A stretch of 63,844 bases of DNA, counting the filler, from an uncultured Methanospirillum sp. (GTDB lineage: Archaea > Halobacteriota > Methanomicrobia > Methanomicrobiales > Methanospirillaceae), in NCBI GenBank assembly GCA_964637135.1. It is 4 parts of 4 records of this genome, joined end to end, with 100 filler letters (N's around TTAATTAATTAA, not from the genome) between each part and the next. Parts side by side here need not be neighbours in the genome. Positions count along the whole stretch, not along the records: positions 58,988 to 63,844 come from CAZWTX010000066.1; 3 more parts are not named here. The stretch is one strand, 5' to 3'. This document shows, one piece after another, positions 60,412 to 63,844 of the stretch. The translations under genes and the position numbers were made by a program. The notes beneath the pieces are model-generated. The model worked only from the letters and a program-made list of their open reading frames with translations. It searched no databases and was not told where the DNA came from. Within the stretch, counting starts at the first letter, position 1; each line of letters begins with the position of its first letter.

Positions 60412-62490
60412 ATGAATCCATTCACACCTCATCAGGCATTTCCATCAGTGAGCCCTGTCACTGGATCAACAGTTCTCCGGGTCCTCGTTGTTGATGATGA
60501 ACCGGAAATCCTTGATATCACCCAGCGGTTCCTTGAGCGGAGTGGCAGTATGAAGGTTACCTGCTGTTCCTCGGTGGTGGATGCCCTTGAGGTGATCAGA
60601 AATAATCCGTTCGATGCGGTGGTATCAGATTACGAGATGCCGGTGGCAACCGGGATTGATCTGCTCTTTAGTCTCCGTAGTAGTGGAAACGTTCTGCCGG
60701 TGATCATTTTCACCGGAAGGGGACGGGAGGATGTGGTAATAGAAGCTCTGAATACCGGAGCGAGTTTTTATCTCCGCAAGGAGGGAAACCCAACTGTCCT
60801 CTATGCAGAACTAACTCATCTCATCAGGAGGGCAGTGGATCAACGGCGATACAAATCAGGTCTGAAAGAGTCTGAACGGTTTATCACGAATATTTTTCAT
60901 CATCTTCCTGATGCGACCTTTGTGATAAACCATGACGGCATTGTTATCGCCTGGAACCGTGCAATGGAGGAGATGACCGGGATTGCGGCCGGAGAGATCA
61001 TCGGACGGGCCGAATATGCACACGGAATGGCATTCTACGGGCAACCGGTCCGGACCCTCGCGGATCATCTTCTGGATGATACTTCTGCTCTTCCCCCGTC
61101 CTATACGCTTCTCGAGCGGGCACCGGGGATGATGATCGCAGAGATCTGCACTGCCACCCTGAACGGGTACCCGGTGATTCTCTGGAAGAAAGCAACTCAC
61201 CTATATGATCCTCTGGGGAAGATATGCGGGGCGATCGAGACAATTCGCGATGTTACCTTGATCAAACATGCAGAAACCGAGCTTATCAGGGTGAACCGGT
61301 ACCACCGGACCCTGATCGAATCTCATATCGATCCTCTTGTTACCATGAACCCGGATCTCACGATCTGTGATGTCAATGCTGCAACTGAGGATCTTCTCGG
61401 GTATGGCCGGGAAGAGCTGATTGGATCGGGTTTCTGCTCCTGGTTCAGGCGTCCGGATCTCGTGCAGGAGATCTGTGCCCAACTGGAATCAGTCGGTAGA
61501 ATTGTTGAGTACCCTGCAATGGTAAAGCGAAAAAACGGCAATATCAAGACTGTTTACCTGTATGCAACGGTCTGCCGGGGGATTGATGGGGAGATATGGA
61601 AGATATTCATGGAAATTCATGATCCGCTCCCTGAGCCGGATCCCTTCTTTGAATCATGCCCGATGCTTTCAGACCTGGTTGACAGAATTACCGGGCCGGG
61701 GGATACTACCCGGAGCCCGGCTGCATTTCTCAGCCATACATTTCACCTGCTGGCTGCGTATCTCACAGCCCGGGCAGGCTTTCTCCTCCATATCATTGAT
61801 GATCAGGTCAGGGTATATGAGACGAGCGGATATACCGCCTGGTTATGCACTGACCCTGATCTTTTACCTTCCTGCCGGGAATGGATCACGGGTGGAGGAA
61901 CCGGGGTGTGGGTCATCCGCCCCGGTGTCATCTGTTTTCCGGTAGAACAGGGAGAGAGGGGGTACCGGGCCTTCCTCTTTGAAATTCCTTGCCCGGGGCA
62001 GGTGCCGGCCGGGAAGATCGATGTGATAACAGCCACTGCCTCCCTGCTTAGGTATTGCAGTTCACTGCTTGGAGATGGTAAAATCCAAACAGACGACAGG
62101 GAGATGATTGATCTCCGGCTCCGGCTGCTCACCCATGACCTCGGGAATGTTCTTTCGGTACTGTGGGGGCTCCAGGATATGCTTTCTGAGTATGTATCCG
62201 GTACCGGCCGGGGAAGGAAAAGAGATCGTTCAGGAGAATCTGTATACGTGCATCGATATCATCGGAAGATGGAAATGGTCATCTCCGGTACGGTGGGATC
62301 GTTTCTGGAACCGACCGATCTCATGGCAGTGATACAGGAGGAGGCTTCCCGGTTTTCCCGGGTTGAAATCTCGTCAGATTGTTCTGAAAATCTGTGGGTA
62401 TGGTGTGACCCCCTCATCAGCGAGGTTGTCTGGAACCTGCTTGATACCAGTACCCGGCACGGAGGATCTGATGTCACAATTCGGATATAG
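60412..62490 (+). CDS. Hybrid response regulator-PAS-PAS-histidine kinase with truncated ATPase domain
   Basis: REC domain (VDDE, SDYEMP, FTG, LRK), two PAS domains, H-box LTHDLGN; ends at TAG inside the HATPase domain. Confidence 0.85.
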   Translation: MNPFTPHQAFPSVSPVTGSTVLRVLVVDDEPEILDITQRFLERSGSMKVTCCSSVVDALEVIRNNPFDAVVSDYEMPVATGIDLLFSLRSSGNVLPVIIFTGRGREDVVIEALNTGASFYLRKEGNPTVLYAELTHLIRRAVDQRRYKSGLKESERFITNIFHHLPDATFVINHDGIVIAWNRAMEEMTGIAAGEIIGRAEYAHGMAFYGQPVRTLADHLLDDTSALPPSYTLLERAPGMMIAEICTATLNGYPVILWKKATHLYDPLGKICGAIETIRDVTLIKHAETELIRVNRYHRTLIESHIDPLVTMNPDLTICDVNAATEDLLGYGREELIGSGFCSWFRRPDLVQEICAQLESVGRIVEYPAMVKRKNGNIKTVYLYATVCRGIDGEIWKIFMEIHDPLPEPDPFFESCPMLSDLVDRITGPGDTTRSPAAFLSHTFHLLAAYLTARAGFLLHIIDDQVRVYETSGYTAWLCTDPDLLPSCREWITGGGTGVWVIRPGVICFPVEQGERGYRAFLFEIPCPGQVPAGKIDVITATASLLRYCSSLLGDGKIQTDDREMIDLRLRLLTHDLGNVLSVLWGLQDMLSEYVSGTGRGRKRDRSGESVYVHRYHRKMEMVISGTVGSFLEPTDLMAVIQEEASRFSRVEISSDCSENLWVWCDPLISEVVWNLLDTSTRHGGSDVTIRI

Positions 62491-62789
62491 GTCCGAGATC
62501 TCGGGGAAAACATCTACGTCATGGTATAGGATTCAGGGCCGTGCTTTCTCCCGACCGCTATGATCCCGCATCCAGTGATATTTCCCGGGGGTCGGGCAGG
62601 GGCCTTGCGATCCTCCACCGGATGCTCTCCGGTTACGGGGGAGCCCTCCTCTTTCCACACCTGGGTGAGCCGGGGAGCACCCGGGAATTCCCGCTGAAAC
62701 GAGCCAGATACTCAGATAAGCCCTCCTGCAGCCTGTTTTCATCCGGCAGGGGAGGGGAGATTGTTCCCGAGGGCATTCGAGTACCCTAA
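62491..62789 (+). pseudogene. Decayed HATPase tail of the upstream kinase
   Basis: Continues VRDLGENIYVMV*DSGP, then a frameshift to LSPDR...GSGRGLAILHRMLSGYGG (G1/G2 boxes). Confidence 0.75.
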
Positions 62790-62792
62790 CTT

Positions 62793-62810
62793 TTTTAGAT
62801 TAATCTTAAT
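62793..62810. promoter_or_regulatory. Candidate DtxR/MntR-type operator
   Basis: TTTTAGATTAATCTTAAT with perfect palindromic core AGATTAATCT (62797-62806), about 75 bp upstream of the regulator. Confidence 0.45.
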
Positions 62811-62881
62811 TATTTGGAGATTCAAACACTCATGCAGATATATCCGGCAGCACCGCCGGGTACACACGGTCAGGTGAACCC

Positions 62882-63379
62882 ATGAACCATGCAGCCATCG
62901 GAAGAAAACTGAGCCGAACAGCCGAAGACTACCTTGAGGCGATTCTTAATGTCACCCTCCGGAAAGGATATGCCCGGACCGGTGAGATCGCCCGTGAACT
63001 TGGACTGAGTCCATCCAGTGTTGTGGAACTCTTCCGCAAACTTGATCGGATGGGCCTGATCGAATACCGGAAATACGAAGGCGTCGTCTTCCGGCCGGAG
63101 GGACGGGCAATCGCGGAAGTGATCAAGTACCGCCATGACACGCTCCGCGAATTTCTCCGGATGGCTGCGGTTCCCGATGATATCGCTTCGAAAGATGCCT
63201 GTTACATGGAGCACGAGCTCCACCCTGATACCATCCGCTGCATCAGGGACTTCATCGAGGTACTCCAGAATGACCCCTCGCTTGCTACGATGATCAGGCA
63301 GCGGATCGAGACAAAACGAGTACTCACTGCTGCCGGCAGCCCTGACCAGACCGTGGGACCGGCCCGTATATCCGTGTAA
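62882..63379 (+). CDS. DtxR/MntR family metal-dependent regulator
   Basis: EDYLEAI, IARELGLSPSSV, RHDTLREFL, DACYMEH. Confidence 0.93.
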   Translation: MNHAAIGRKLSRTAEDYLEAILNVTLRKGYARTGEIARELGLSPSSVVELFRKLDRMGLIEYRKYEGVVFRPEGRAIAEVIKYRHDTLREFLRMAAVPDDIASKDACYMEHELHPDTIRCIRDFIEVLQNDPSLATMIRQRIETKRVLTAAGSPDQTVGPARISV

Positions 63380-63415
63380 TACTCACACTGTTTCCTGTCA
63401 TGTACCTGTCGGGTA

Positions 63416-63844
63416 TCACGTGCCCGGTTTTGATCCGCTCTCCTTCATCAGGGCCCTGCCATCGCTCCAGGCCTTCCCGACTGTATCTCCGATCCTCCAG
63501 TACCGGTTGTCAGGCATGGTGAGAACGAAGGAGTCCATCCGGGAGATGTCGGGAATGCCATCGGTGAGGATCGTTTCATCGGCATAGGCCCCGGCGATCT
63601 CCCCGATGTAGAAGGAATTTGTTTTAAATTCAAACCGATTTACGACCCGGCATTCAAGGGAAAGCGGGCATTCGTCGATGAGCGGGGCGTTCGTCACCGG
63701 GCCGGGAGTGACGGAGAAAAAACCCGTTTTATTGATCTCTTTACCTGAGACGAGCCCGCAGTAATCGGTCTCCCGGATCATTGATACCGTGGGATAATTG
63801 ATACTGAATACCCCGGTATCGTCCAGTCCTCTGGTCGAGTAATG
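63416..63844 (-). CDS. Flavin reductase (flavoredoxin-like) protein, 5' end outside the window
   Basis: DYCGLVSG, APLIDECPLSLEC, IGEI, YWRIG..VGKAWSDG. Confidence 0.85.
   Translation of the reverse strand, partial: HYSTRGLDDTGVFSINYPTVSMIRETDYCGLVSGKEINKTGFFSVTPGPVTNAPLIDECPLSLECRVVNRFEFKTNSFYIGEIAGAYADETILTDGIPDISRMDSFVLTMPDNRYWRIGDTVGKAWSDGRALMKESGSKPGT

Noticed and set aside
62488..62529. Pyrrolysine read-through of two TAG codons
   Set aside because: A frameshift follows immediately, the second TAG sits where Glu (GAG) is expected before DSGP, and no pyl genes are in the window

Overview
Archaeal methanogen DNA, most consistent with Methanomicrobiales and Methanospirillum-like: CofC/CofG, multi-HAMP MCPs, archaeal GAPDH/TyrS/Hel308/Cgi121/Orc1 and the 5S rRNA 3' end all point that way. 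The window is not one contiguous locus. Three artificial N44-TTAATTAATTAA-N44 linkers (22094-22193, 41411-41510, 58888-58987) join four contigs, and there is a 100-N gap at 4334-4433. Contig 1 is accessory: secreted GH3 hydrolase, two MCPs, an uncharacterised membrane-repeat protein/kinase/membrane-repeat protein cassette, a hidden M13 peptidase relic, trpB2, Tex and an MFS transporter. Contig 2 carries cofC/cofG-purCSQ-FTR, an AT-rich island with a 100-bp inverted-repeat element, a GT4(pseudo)-YunC-PIG-L-USP operon, an orphan Csx1-like CARF/HEPN gene, a fused AguB-AguA polyamine enzyme, a polar amino-acid ABC system, tRNA-Glu and a partial 5S rRNA. Contig 3 is core: gap, tyrS, rio1, KH protein, hel308, cgi121, then the replication origin (inverted ORBs) with orc1/cdc6, purA, trm112, cbiB and pdxST. 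Contig 4 has a possible sheath-protein paralog, a decaying hybrid kinase and a DtxR regulator. No CRISPR array or transposase is visible. The best novelty candidates are the kinase flanked by four GxTPxG..RSW membrane repeats, the orphan CARF-HEPN gene, and TGTACA boxes shared by trpB2 and a His-tailed DMT transporter. All family calls come from motif recognition, not database searches.
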